The notes below the pieces were generated by a model. It was not told the origin of the DNA. It worked only from the letters and a program-made list of their open reading frames with translations, and did not search any database. From Antedon mediterranea (taxonomy: Eukaryota > Animalia > Echinodermata): DNA of 64,000 nt. Below, in pieces: positions 51,060 to 64,000 of this stretch. Both the position numbers and the translations under genes were made by a program. The stretch covers positions 14,108,948-14,172,947 of the forward strand of contig NC_092673.1 in assembly GCF_964355755.1 (NCBI RefSeq), in the 5' to 3' direction. How positions within the stretch are numbered: the stretch's first letter is position 1; each line of letters starts with the position of its first letter.

Positions 51060-51900
51060 CTGCAGATTTTTCAGTGTTTTGATGCTATGCTCCTCGCCTA
51101 AAGACGATGCAATATTTAAGTCAATTTCAAATATGTTGGCCACAGCTGATCACCATACGTGCCATCAGTTGTCATTCTGATTATATATTGTTCCCATTGC
51201 AAGCCCACAAACAATTCAAGTGGCATTCTGTCCACTGAACTATTAAACTCGCATAGGTACAGTAACTTGTCACTTTCTCTCGTAAAGTCCTGTGTGAACA
51301 AAATATTCTAAGACTACAAAGATTGTAGGCAACTTTGTGGAACTGGCAATTTTCGTTGCCTGGTGGATTGTACATTATTTTGTAGCCTTGTTTTTCAAAT
51401 GTGTCATTATTATTTAGAAAATCATTAATTGAGAACTGAGGCACAAATGTTTTGTTAAATTATTGTTTTTGTTGACGTTAGCCATTTTTCTTTTGATTTT
51501 TTCACTTTCTGCTGTGATACTCGTAATGTTCTCTACAGACACCCAAGATATATGTTTTAGGGTTATCAAACCTGACTTTATATCATTAAAGTTTCCTTCG
51601 ACAACATAACGTTGTTTGGGAGCATACTTTGATGTTCTGGAAACGGGATATCTTATCAAAATATTTTCTCCTAAATGCGTATGTGGAAGAAACATCGTTT
51701 TTCCATGCGTCTATTTATATAATGCTTGTCCCACACATCACTAGCTTGTTTAGCCTTGTTAATGTTTTTGTTTATCTTTGAAATAATTCTTCCGTTTAGG
51801 GGTTTAAGTTGCCACAATGTTCTTGGAGAAGGCCTTTCTGTTCTTTAGACTTCAAAACACATTTGGCAACAGCTATCAACATTTTTCTGTTCACAATCCT
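51060..51900 (-). pseudogene. Ginger-like integrase C-terminal region plus OTU deubiquitinase domain (decayed)
   Basis: GENILIRY...RYVVEG...WVSVENITSIT, then YNPPGNENCQF..VA..L (OTU GDGNCxF) and W..YI.RM..DGTYGDQL. The Ginger link is inferred. Confidence 0.65.
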
Positions 51901-51959
51901 CCTCCCCTGCTTTCCGTGCTGTAGTGAAGTTTTATGAGGTAGCTTGTTTCACTTTTTGT

Positions 51960-52099
51960 ATATTTTTTTATTTATTTATTTATTTCATACTCATCCAACA
52001 GCGAGTAACCCGCCAATTACAGGATGGATAAACTATTTAAAATTTCACAAGACAAACATATACACAAGATGCTCTACATAAACAAAGACTTATTATTAT
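51960..52099 (-). mobile_element. SINE 3' fragment related to the SINE at 25015-25322
   Basis: Shares AGACAAACATATACACAAGATGCTCTACATA.ACAAAGACTTATTATT, has a different 3' body, and ends in a (TAAA)n tail. Confidence 0.65.
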
Positions 52100-52149
52100 T
52101 GAGCCACAAATCCACAGATTATACTCTCATTCACTATTCTATTCATATA

Positions 52150-52262
52150 CAAGAAAAATGCTTAGCTGCTCGTGTGTTTCCATTTTCCACAGCAAATTTA
52201 GCTATTTCGGCCATTTGGTCTTCTGTGTATTTGACGTATCCATCTGGATTGCATTTAATACC
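52150..52262 (-). pseudogene. pogo transposase N-terminal Brinker-type DNA-binding fragment
   Basis: GYVKYTEDQMAEIAKFAVENGNTRAAKHFS. Confidence 0.65.
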
Positions 52263-55200
52263 AGCGGCAGATAGATCCTGAAGCCATTACTGCCTTAACT
52301 TCACACATTTGCTGCAGCAGTAGCTTTTGCTTCACCACTAAGAGGATCAAATAGAATCCAGTGAACACTAGCATATTCATAGAATATGGAACCACAAGAG
52401 AATCCACAATCTCTAATTATTTATTAAAAGTTATGGTTAGGCCATAAGGCTCATTTTATTCAAGATACAGTGTAATAGGCACAAAATGTGAATTTTTTAT
52501 TTAACGTTTTAGATAATGTAAATATTGCTGAATATTGCTTTCCTATCATTGCAAGAAATTCACAGTTGTTTTTGTCTTGCTCTCATCATCTGACAGTTTC
52601 AAGAATGTAGTTAATTTGAATGTTTTCATACCATATACAAAAATGAAGTTTGGTTTGGTGCCGGATCTATAATAAATACCTACTATCAAATTGTTCTTAT
52701 GGCCTGTGACTTATTTAAAATGAGAAAATAAATGGTCACGAGTTCCTATTTATGTCGAACAGGTTGTCTAGAATTGTATATAGTGTTTTATGTTGAATAA
52801 CAAATGTGCAATCTACAACTGTAACTATATTCAAAGAGCATCATCATAGCAATTTGAAATCAACTGAAATTACCATCCAGCTGGAGAATGCAGAACACAT
52901 ATTAATGGTAACTTTGAAAAGGCTGAACTTTGTGAACAGCAAACTGTACAATTGATCCTGCATGACCAACTACAATACTACCTACAGAAAATTCAGCACA
53001 ACAAGGCGTACTCTTGTGTTCAACTCAAGTTTTGGTATGGAAACATCTAAATACATTGATTCTTGAAACTGTCTCTGATGAGGGTAGATAAAGTTACAGT
53101 TACATGGCCACAGGCATGGTATTTGGAGTCTACTGTTGAAACGGCTCCAATGAATGATGAATAGAATTCTGATTAAAACACATTAGTGCCTATTTTACTG
53201 TATGTTGAATACATTGTTTATAAAAGCATAAATTCCTTTTTACCTCTTTTGGTATTCAAAATTCCTCTTTTCTAAAACAAACGATCTCCCTTCAAGTTCC
53301 AAAATGCACAACCTCTTTCACATCTTTTGTGTATTCAATATTTTCTGAATGGGATAATTGTTTAATATTTGAATTACAAAAAATGATCACTTGTGAACTT
53401 GTATATATGCCCACCGATGGACTTTTCCAGATTCACATGTTCACGCTTGTTTTGTTAACACTCTCAGATCTTGCACATGCATTTTCAAAGGAGGACAAGT
53501 GCATAAGTATGTCTAGCACTATAAAAGATTGATCAAACTCTTTGACATTGGCAAAACAAGTCAATGTTTTCAGTTAAATTTTATAGCTACTACAAACTAC
53601 TGTTTTTGGTATACTTCCACTGATTTTGCTAAACAGCAAGGTCAAGGTAACAATTTGTTATGGGATATATCCAGTCTTTGATATCATACAAATGCATGAT
53701 GTTGCCCTGTATACATTTGTAATCATTTTTTTTAATGATCCAGAGTGCATAGTAGTGGACATTCAAATGTCAAAAAAGTTAGTCGATGCATGTGGCTAAT
53801 TCCGTCTTTTACACTGTTGGCTAACTGTAAGTAATACTTACTTTTGTCCATACCATCAATTATAACCAAAAGATATGTTCATGGGACGGTTTACTGTATA
53901 ATTGATTATTGGAAAATGGTCTAAATAAGTCTTTGTCAACATTTAAAGATGTAATGCGTTACAGTTACAGTTATAGTACTGGCCTTCTGTAAAAAGTCTC
54001 CACCAGATGGTTGTTGCTCCTACTCTTTTCTTGTATGGAATAGATCGGCAGTCGTGTTCTTGTCATCCAATATTGAAATCTAGAATGTTGTTTCCAAACA
54101 TTCTAATATGCACGCAGAAACGTAATTATATGCTAGAACTTTTTCTTTGCAGTGCATGAAGTTATTAGTAGATTTAATAATCCACAGTGTCTACTGTATG
54201 ACTTGTAGCCGTGAAAATAAACATTTATATAACAGAAATGACAATCAATACGGTTGATTTATCAACTTTTGCCTGACTATGAATAAAGAATAAATTAAAT
54301 GAATGAATAACCAATTGCGAGCAGTTAGTCACTCTTTAGCCGATCGGGTCGCGAGCAAGATTAATTTTGTCAGATAATGAAGACATGAAAACATTTTAAA
54401 AATTAGACTTATGTCTCTATCTGTTTTCACTAATTAATTATGGTCTTTTTTTAGACTCACTGAACATTTAATCTATAGGTGAAATGTAGTAGAGGTTTTA
54501 CTTCATTTTCTTTACCACTACTCACAATGCCATGCTTTTACTACCGAATTCAGGATTTTTCTTAGTTGCACCTAAGCTTTTTTTTCCCACCTGAGGTTGT
54601 TCTAAAATGTATTGGTTAACATTAGTTGCATTAAATTCAACTTCATTATGTTTGTATTGCGAGAAAACCACCATTTTTATTTATTTTATTGTCATTAATA
54701 TTCCTATTTCGTTGTAATTATTTACTTCAAAACAGTTGCGACACAATCGTCAAAGACCATACACACAATAAAAAACGCAATTTTTCATCATATTGTTTTA
54801 GTCTCCTATCAAATCTTATGTAAATGTATATGGAAATTTATCAGATGTGTGTGCCCGGTACACTGATTGAAATGACACCTAAAGTACCCCAGCCCCAGCC
54901 TGGGTTTGTTTTCCCCCTAAACACCACACCCCACCCCTCCACTCAAAATTGTCCCAGGTCTGGCCTAGCCTTTTTAAACTTCTGAATCTGCTTCTTTTTA
55001 ACGTACATAGATATTACCAATAAGCAACACAAAGTTTTATGGAATTTGAAGTGCCCGTACATGGTATTGAGAACTGCAATTCTTGAATGCCACCATGGGC
55101 CAGCACGTAAAAAAAAACACGTAATTAGAACGGTAAGAACAATTACAGTATTTCACACTTTAGAAACAGTAATGTACAATTACAGAATAGGAACTATACA

Positions 55201-55944
55201 TGTTAACGAATATAAAAAATTTTACAATCTACAAGAGTAGAAACGAGGCAAGAGCATGAACTATCCTGGTTGTTTCAGACACCACTACCACACTATAATT
55301 AACCATTTGCACGCGTGGTACCATTTAAAATATAAATTATGCCGAAGTTTTTTTTCACAACAGAGAAAAGACCATGAATATGGTAAAAGGAGAATTTGAT
55401 TACAACCTACGAAGAAGCTTAGCTGCCCAGCTGTTATTGTTGCGAGGGAATTGGTTGTCTTTATAGACTTCGAGGTTGGCAATTTATTATCTTCTTATTC
55501 TTATTCACTTTAAAAAAGTCGATAAACTCCGGAGTTGTTGTTGTTGGCGATGTTAAAATGGTACAATTAATGGATTCCGCAAATTAAAAAAAATTATATC
55601 AATATCAATATACCCTATATATACCCAGCCTCTTATGTACATATTCACGCCATATTCATCTACATTATTAATGGATTCTGATTGACGAAGAATTAAAACG
55701 TGCATTAACACAGTGTTAAACTACACCGTATTTAATTTAATGTTAAAGCTTTAAATGTTGGCCTAAAGAATGAAATTGTAACAAATAAGCAACGCAAAGA
55801 GACAATAAAGTAATGCTTTTACAAATTACATTTTTTTGCAGTCGTCTGCGTTAAGATTCATGTCAAATTTCCGCATTTATCGGAACATAAAAATCATTCG
55901 CATGGAATAGTAAGTTGTTTTCTTACACATATTATTATTATTAT

Positions 55945-55975
<31 letters not shown>

Positions 55976-56147
55976 TAATATGTCGATGCATTGCCACATA
56001 CATGATGTTCGGTAGGCCTATTCCATCTTCTATATTGCTAACTTTTCAGGCAGAAGAAATGTCACTTCCAATAGATTGAATTGAAGAAAGAATTGTTTTC
56101 CGGCAAGACTTGTCCTCCTTGGTCAGATCGAAGATTCTTCCCAAGTC

Positions 56148-57617
56148 CTGGGGCGGATCCAGAGGGGGGGTCCACGGGGTCCGGACCCCCCCTAAATTTT
56201 AAGGGTGCCCTTTTTTTAGAGGTTCAATATTTTATTCGTGTGACATATTTGTGTGTATATTAGTATGCACAGAGTAGGCTATACTAACCCCAAAAATAAA
56301 AACAGAAATTTATCACAATGAGCGCGATGTTAAGTTACGGCGGCCGATCATAGAGCATCGTGAGAGGTGGTGACGCGTGATGATCTCTACTTAAACTTCC
56401 AAAAATAGATCGTTTCACATACTACAGAGGGCGCATGTAAACTTTTTACGATTCAACTCCGCGTACGTTACCATGCGCGCTATGTCATTGACGCGATTAT
56501 TTGTCCATTGGTAAACACATTTTGATGTATAATTATTCTGAAAATAATTGAACTGTAAACATAATTCTTTTGAGTATTTGTTTATTTACATATCATTCCA
56601 TCAGATCAACTATTTTTTATTTCCATTACATCCAACCAAACATGTCAAAAATGTATTTAAAATATCGTACTATCTAGCGCGTACGACCATACGCGGTAGA
56701 TTGTTTACTCAAAAATCATCGAACGGTCATCCTACACTATTCAACTTTGTTCTTGTAGTTGAGCCTCTCATGACCTGGGATTTGTTTTACTTCCTACGCC
56801 AAGATAATATAGTTCTACAAGCCATGTGCTTTTTTCTCTGAGAAATATTTATTATAAGTGCAAAAAAAATGTTTTTTTCTCGATATCAAGCCTTTATTAT
56901 TCAAATCTTTTAAAGAAAAATCACACATACCATAAAGAAGGTTCATTTATTTCATTTTTGAAACAATATTTGTGAAAATTACGTGAGGCTCAACTACAAA
57001 ACCACCATTTTGTGATATGATGTCATCGTAAGCCAATCAAAGCTGAGCTTTCCCGCGATCGGCAGAGCTCACGGTTGAATGATTTTGGATTCTGGCTATT
57101 TGATTGGTGGACGCGAATCACCCACAGCGGAATGTTTTCTCTCGTGTACGTGTACCAAGAAGTCACGTGATCACTCTGTACTGAACGGTACTACACAAAT
57201 TTAGAGCAATTAATTTGTACGAATTCCGTTAAATAAACAACAACATTTAATAACATATTTTATTGATATTTCCAATGTTGATATATAAAAGAAATTACTA
57301 TAAAACGTAATTATATGTAATTATTTTAGCGAAAAATGGCGCAATTTGTTTACAACGTTCGTGGCTAAAAACGATCATTTTCGGCAATGTTTTAGACCCT
57401 ATATTTCGAAAACTACAAACGGCGAACTAGAAAGGTGCCATTTATCATGGATTTTGCGTGCGAGAGTGCCATTTCCGGCCATCTAAGTGTGTCCTGTTAC
57501 AAAATTCGCTTCGCCACAACCCCCACCATGGGGGGGCTGTGGCTCAAATACTCAATATCTGATGTGCCCTTTTTATCGGCGGACCCTCCCTCTCAAAAAT
57601 GTCTGGATCCGCCCCAG
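56148..57617. mobile_element. MITE with 16-bp TIR CTGGGGCGGATCCAGA inserted in a MULE exon
   Basis: Perfect TIRs and 5-bp TSD AAGTC at 56143-56147 and 57618-57622. Removing the insert restores the reading frame RRFFPSRRDITNLVY. Confidence 0.9.
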
Positions 57618-57918
57618 AAGTCGACGTGACATAACCAACTTGGTGTATAGTAAACGAAGAAAAACAATGGAAGATAAATGTGATTAAATGATAAGTCTGA
57701 CTTTCTGTTCATCTACCAGTCAGAGTTTCAAAAGCAACTATTGAAACGATATGGGAACGAAGTTTGCTTGTTAGATGCCACATACCGAACAACGCGGTAC
57801 GCTATTCCACTATTTTTCATCTGTGTGAAAACAAATGTAGGATATAGTGTTGTTGCCACATTTTCTACAATACTTGAAGATCACCTCACTATTTCAAAGG
57901 CACTTGCTATAATAAAAG

Positions 57919-57966
57919 AGTGGAATCCTCAGTGGAATCCTCAGTGGAATCCTCAGTGGAATCCTC
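57919..57966 (+). repeat. In-frame 12-bp tandem repeat, 4 copies (WNPQ)
   Basis: AGTGGAATCCTC, 4 exact copies. Confidence 0.95.
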
Positions 57967-60900
57967 CTTTTTTCATGGTAGACAACAGTGAAGCAGAAAT
58001 AAAGGCAATTGAGAAGACATTTAAAGGTAAGTAATACGATATAAAGTTTGCGGTATAACATCAAGTGTAGTTCTGACAAGTTTATCCAATATCGAAATTG
58101 AGTTAACAACAACAATATAACGAATAGTTAAAGCACTCTTACTTAACTTACTATTCATGATGTTTTGGTTTTTTTAGAATGCAGAATTTACTTATGCGAC
58201 TTTCATAGGGAGCAAGCGTGGATTCGTTGGGTTAAAGGCAGGTAAAAATGGCCTCAATCACTCAAGTGATGCTGTTCTTAGCTTATTAAGAAACATTGCA
58301 AAATCTGAGTCTGTGGACGTCTTTGGTGAATCTGTAAAGAAGCTTCAATCAAGTACATATTGGAAATCCAACTTAGCCTTCAGATATTGGATTTCACGTG
58401 TGTGGTTAAAGAATGCAGATGTAAGTTAATAATTCTAATATAATAACAATTTTTGTTATCAAGTAAACAAGGTATAACCGGAACTCTGTATTGTGGTTAA
58501 TAACCATGATTTACAAGAAAATACATCAGGAAGAGGTGTCCTTTGTCATGTTTTGGTTTTTGATTTGTTAATGTATTGATTTTGTATTCCAGTTTAAGTA
58601 TACTCACTTGCGAGTCATAATATTATTGTGGAACAGTATACAATTGTTATAAATACTTCTATATTCGCATTATAGAAATGGGTGTGGTGTTATCGTCTCA
58701 ATCAATTTGGTCTTAAAGTCAATACTAATAATGGCATTGAAAGGCATTTCTTATAACCCTGTAGATACATCAGAAGTAATATCACGGCATCATTGGAGTA
58801 TCGACAATACAGCTCAGTCCTTCCAAACTTCTTAAAGAATCGACCAAAGCAATTTCTTAATCACTGTCGAAAACGGTTGCCAGTTAAAGATGAGATGCAG
58901 GCTGCCATAAGTGAAACCGAAAATGGATCCTTCAAAGTACCCAGCTTCACTTCATCTACTGCAGATTATATTGTAAGCCTTGGTAATGACGATACTATGC
59001 CGTCGTCATACACACTGACCATGCAAACACCTCCTAGCAGTTGTGATGTTCCACCCGGAAAGTACATGGGAAAATCTACCAGAGTAGAACCGGAATCATC
59101 CACTGTTTACGCTGGATGAAGAGTGTGGCAGCATTCCAGAAATTGAAGACGACACGGATATAGGTGACTCAAATGTCAGCGAAATTATCTCTCCTCCTGA
59201 AGACATCTCTCCTCCTGAAGACAGTTTAAGTAATAATGACCTTAAACTGTCGGAAAATATCTGAAGAGAAACTGACAAAATTCGCTCCATGTCATATCTC
59301 AACATTCCGGTAGATGTCCTCACCACAGCGACGCAAACACTTGAAGAGATACGTAAGAGTATGTGGGCTGCATTACCTACAGAAAGTGGTCTTGCAAGAA
59401 AACCCAACCGTTAAAAATACAGAAAAGTTGCCATTCGGGATAAGCAGCGGCACCAGGACCGGTAAATATTATTATTATTTATTTATTTATTTATTTATTT
59501 GGAATTACACCTTTAGGTCGGTGGAATTACATACATTGTTTATTATTAACAATATTCCAATTTGCAGTTCTATCGATCAAAGGTAATAATAAATGTGCTT
59601 AAATTAGTATTTCCGCACGTTCATCGTTATACGTAGAATAATTAATATATAGAAATACAACTTTTCATGAACAGAAAGCTGTCAGGTGAAACAGGATACA
59701 CAAAAGAAACAAACAGCAAGAAACACAAATATTAAGCATGTTAAACTAAACAACGGTGATTATGGCTTATTTCTTATGATCAAAATGATTAGGCCTACAG
59801 AGAGAAATTTATTTGTAAAGTGCCAAAATACCAATCTTATCTCGTTGTTATTTTCATTCAGGACGACGTGTTTCCAATTATGGCAATCTAGATTTGTACA
59901 ACTTTTTTCCTAAAGCAAGTAAGGTTGCAGATGGTAAGCGAAAACGTAAACACAACTAATAGTAATGTAATGAGGCCATGTAGTTGGTTTCCGAATTGCA
60001 AAATCATTATCAAATGACGCATGTTCCTTATGCAATTCAACATGTTAAAAAATTAATAATAAAGTAATAGCTGTCATGATGAGTAATCTTATTTCGTTAT
60101 TATTTTTCATTCAGGACGACGTGTTTTTGATTATGAAAAACAGGATATTCCAAAAGCAAGTTATAAGGTTGCAGATGGTAAGCGAAAACGTAAACTAAAA
60201 ACATATGCTGAGGCCGTTTACGTTGTTTTCCAAATTGCAGTTACATCAATTATGTTTTTTTAAATTTGATTCCGTTTGTCTTAATGTTATTTTAATTGAG
60301 ATAAAAACAACTATTACCAATATTACTACCCTAGTGTTAAATAATTGAATGTATACACAGTACTTGAATGGTTCGGAATGGCCGAGCCCAATTTTTGCAT
60401 GCTGTGCATGAATGCTGTTGCCTATACTAATAATGTATTTGATGCGATGTAAAATGTAAACAAATGGTGAACGTTTTTGTACCAAACTATGAATACACTC
60501 AAACAGGGACATTGGCTGAATGATCGGGTAAAATAGTTCACAGAATAACTGCCTCTTACAAATTATTACTATTGTATAATGAACTCAAATACCCATATGC
60601 CACCAACATCACTGGCTGCTCCTGGTGGCAAACCTGACAACATGTACTATTGCTGTGGTTAATTCACATAGGGACGACAACACCCAAAAGAAGTTCATAA
60701 ACCATTGATTGATTTAGTATACACAAGCTATATTTTTGTTATATTTTGTTGTAAACATATAATATAACATTTCCCATCAACTTCAACAGTTGATTTTGTA
60801 TTGCATTGAAACAAGCTAATTTTCTTTACTTTTGTTTGTCATTTCATTTAAAATTTAGTCTGACACCACAGATATATGGTCCTTTTTTCATCCAGTCAAA

Positions 60901-62330
60901 TAAAATGAAAATGTATTTTTATCAACAGAAATTTCATAACAGCACGCTCAAAAGCCTTAGCGACAAGAAACACAATATTTACCCCAACTACAATTACTAC
61001 AGGACGCCAACGAGATAAAGCATGGTGGGTTACTCCAAAAAAGAGACATAAGTGCACGTACTTCGATATACTGATCTTTTTTCATGACTTGAATTATCAA
61101 TAGTAACTGTCTTTATCGTGGAGTTACCCTTTGTTTTAGTGCAATATTTTATATATTTTACATACAAGGTTCCTTGTATCCTGTATCCTTATATGCATAT
61201 ATGAATAAAATAAAGTTAAATTGCATTATTATTTACTGCTCTTATTTTCCGTTGTAGAATGCCGAAGCTATTCTTGCAGGGAAAAATCCTGCAATAATGA
61301 GACAACATCACTGCCGGAAATACAGGTTGTACATTCAGAAACGAATACAAGAAAAATCAAGACCAACAAACGACAAAACTTACTGTGACCTCCCATTTTG
61401 CACAAAGCCATCTGGCAATGTTTCGTGGATTCAATGTGACCACTGTGATCGGTGGGTTCACATAGTTTGTGGAAAGGTGAAAAGTATAGATAAAAAGTAT
61501 ATATGCGTAATGTGTGCATGATATAGACAGTCGACAATAATTTGGTTTTGAAAACAATGTAATATAACCGTTAAATGCACAGACTGTTTGTCTATATATA
61601 TATTAATGCCAATCTTGTATTGACTATACTATGTAGGCACTATAGATTAGTAAAAAGTTTTACGATTTGATTCAAATATATTGGATCATTAAAAAGAAAT
61701 TCTTATTTTTCAACATTTTAAAAATAAAATGTGTGTAATAATACATTCATTTAGAACATCACATTTTCTGTGTCTCGCAATAATACCAACGCTTATACAA
61801 CATGGGAATTGAAGTATATACTCGTTGTGTGTAGGGCCTGTTGGATGAAAGGTATAAATACTACATGGCCGGACCGCAATGTAATTTGGTATACAATGAT
61901 TGCAGTAATCGCCGTGTCTATAACACAAATCAAAAAACGCCAAATACGCTACATACTTTTTTCATGTTTATTTTATGCCTATAAAATAATAAAAGAACAC
62001 CATGTTTCTCGTTTATTTTTATCGTTTATACTGCATACCATAATATTATACAAAAAAACTTTCATGCGCGAGAAAAAAGTTCCCGATATTACACTCCACT
62101 AAATATACCACGCTAACGCTTTCACACATGGACCAGGGCGGCGGAAATTAACTGCAATGGAAAATGGTGTATTTTGGAGAGTGATGAAGTCGGCATTCAA
62201 ACGAGGAGTGAGCTAGCCAACGTGACGCTGGTAGTTTTAGGAGTGCGTGTCACGGTGTGTTTTGAAAATGGGTATTTTCCGAAGATTGTAAATCATGTTT
62301 TCTTTTTAAACTCTTGAATTCATAATAGAC

Positions 62331-63330
62331 TAGGCTATGAATGAGGTAGGTGCCACCCGGAGAGGTAGAAATTCTCATATAACTTTTCTAGACCAATTTT
62401 TTCAAATATATTGGGTAAACGGGCTGTAACCTGAGAACTTTCGCATGAGGGCGCTTTTTTCAAAATGGCTGCCAGTTACAGTAGACTATGATATCTTGGC
62501 AACCACTGGTCATAGAGAGTTGATTTTGGATTTTGTCGGAAAATGGCCGGAAATACCTCTATTGACCTTTGACCCAATATCTAACAGATATCATATCTCC
62601 GTAACTACTGGACACAGAAAGTTGTAATTGGTGTCAAACTCTCCAGAATCCGAGTAATATGAGATAAATAAGCCATAACAAGGCCAACAATTTAATTCTT
62701 TTACTACATACATGCTTCCCTTTAGTGTTTCAGTCTGTATGTCGTGTATTAATCTTCAAGATCGCTCACATCACTGCAATCTGAAAAGTCTTCGTATTCA
62801 TTATGTGTAAACAGTTCCTGGAAATCAGTGGGCATCACTGTCTCAATCCATTTAGGCTCCATTTGTTCGTTCCATCCATCCATTGTGTGTACTGTTGTTG
62901 ACAAAATCATTGACGTCTGCTGAGCAAACTTCATTACTAAAGAATGGCAAAGTATATGAAACTCAAGGGTCATATCTTGCTTGATTTACACTTTTCCCCT
63001 TCACTCCATACATTGGTGAAACATTTTGCTTTTGATTCCAGAAGCTTCCAGCAGGTACGTTTTCCTTTCCGAACGAAAGCGGAGTTATACTTGTTACCTG
63101 TGAAAGCATGGAATCCAATAAGGGATGATTTCTGCGCTTTTGTTAAATCAATGTCACTCAATTTCAGTACATTTCGGTATTTCCCAGTGTTTGTATCAAT
63201 AATTACCCTCTGCCCATCATCTATGAAATGAGATAGTGAAATGACTGGAATGTCAAAGTCTCCAGAATGGGAACGAATTATTGCTACGCCTTGATTGTTA
63301 TTTGTTAAAGCATGCTTTGCATGCTGATGT
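62331..63330 (-). mobile_element. Second Academ-like element fragment (terminus plus XPG-like domain)
   Basis: RSHSGDFDI, LIGFHAFTGNKYNSAFVRKGKRTCWK, GW...W.ET.MP and an acidic tail; CAAAATGGC-type subterminal repeats at 62440-62660. Confidence 0.75.
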
Positions 63331-63689
63331 TTAATGCACCAGACTACACCACTAATTTATCTAGAACACTTCCACTCATCAGCAAACAAATCACAGATTT
63401 GAATGGACAAGAGTGGAGGTAGGATTAAATATATCTTAATATAATTTACAAAACATCATAATTTCCTGAGTCCATACATGAAATCTGCAATTAACATGTG
63501 TTTGTTCTATTTGTTTTTTAGAGGTTATAAACTGCGGGTCTTCTTTTTTGGAGATTATGATTTTCTAGTCCGAATATATGGGTTATATTCACCTAATGGT
63601 AAGAATAGAATTATAGATTAATTAGAAAATATGTTATGATTAATATATATTGTATGTATTGATATCACTGGATGTATTCCTATTCCAGG

Positions 63690-64000
63690 AAGATGTCTAC
63701 AGAATATGTCTGAAGATTATGCAAAATTTATTGGCTCTGGGTCGAAAGAGGACAAAAGTAAGGATGTTTCTAGAAACATTGTCCGGGAGCCAATGGTTAA
63801 TGTAGATATTGACCATGTAAGTTTTGATTTTACATTTTAAAACAACATTACATAATAAAATAATAAATTACAAAATAAATTTAAATATAAACACTCATCG
63901 ATACCATGTCTTCACATTTCACTAGGAGTTTTTAAAAACCTATATGATTTGCTGGAATGTGAAGCCCATGAGATGGACAGACAACTCTATAAGTTCAGGT
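63690..64000 (+). pseudogene. Chapaev/CMC-like transposase exons (partial, runs off the window)
   Basis: RCLQNMSEDYAKF...NIVREPMVNVDIDH|gtaag ... GVFKNLYDLLECEAHEMD; the PxLHxxLG segment expected between them is missing. Confidence 0.5.

Larger units (their letters stand above)
55010..61521 (+). pseudogene. Multi-exon MULE transposase (CaRF-like/SWIM type) with C-terminal PHD finger
   Basis: LECHHGP, TKKLSCPA, H..H, RRFFPS|RRDI, LKRYGNEVCLLDATYRTTRYAIPLFFICVKTNV, FMVDNSEAEI, LCDFHREQAW, NTNNGIER, LKNRP; terminal CDLPFC...WIQCDHCDRWVHIVC...YICVMC. Linkage of the PHD exon is inferred. Confidence 0.85.

Noticed and set aside
54330-62225. TIRs enclosing the CaRF-like MULE gene
   Set aside because: Only a short CACTC/GAGTG similarity, with no long TIR or 9-bp TSD visible.

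Overview
AT-rich eukaryotic genomic DNA with GT-AG introns, probably a marine invertebrate. The frequent TAGGCCTA tracts suggest an echinoderm, but that is inference. No recognisable host housekeeping gene, rRNA or CRISPR array is present; the window is a dense, nested set of decayed transposable elements. Well-delimited elements: (i) a full-length Gypsy LTR retrotransposon with identical 94-bp LTRs (26254-30690); (ii) a 12.1-kb IS3EU-type DNA transposon with ~330-bp TIRs and a 6-bp TSD (34506-46589), carrying a transposase and a convergent HECT-like gene; (iii) a solo LTR, MITEs, HINE-type elements and tRNA-derived SINEs. Fragments of MULE, pogo, Sola2, Academ, Chapaev-like, Ginger-like and several LINE clades fill the rest. 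A ~1.2-kb unit is tandemly repeated about 5.2 times at 2655-9079. The most notable feature is at 10.5-17.7 kb: a Sola-like (DUF7869-type) DDE transposase gene lies head-to-head with a spliced gene encoding a ParB-like domain plus a degenerate beta-class N6A/N4C DNA-methyltransferase fold. Both flanks of this pair carry clustered copies of one 17-bp palindrome (GTCATAA-N3-TTATGAC), 9 of them inside a 56-bp minisatellite. All family assignments come from motif recognition by eye; no database search was run.
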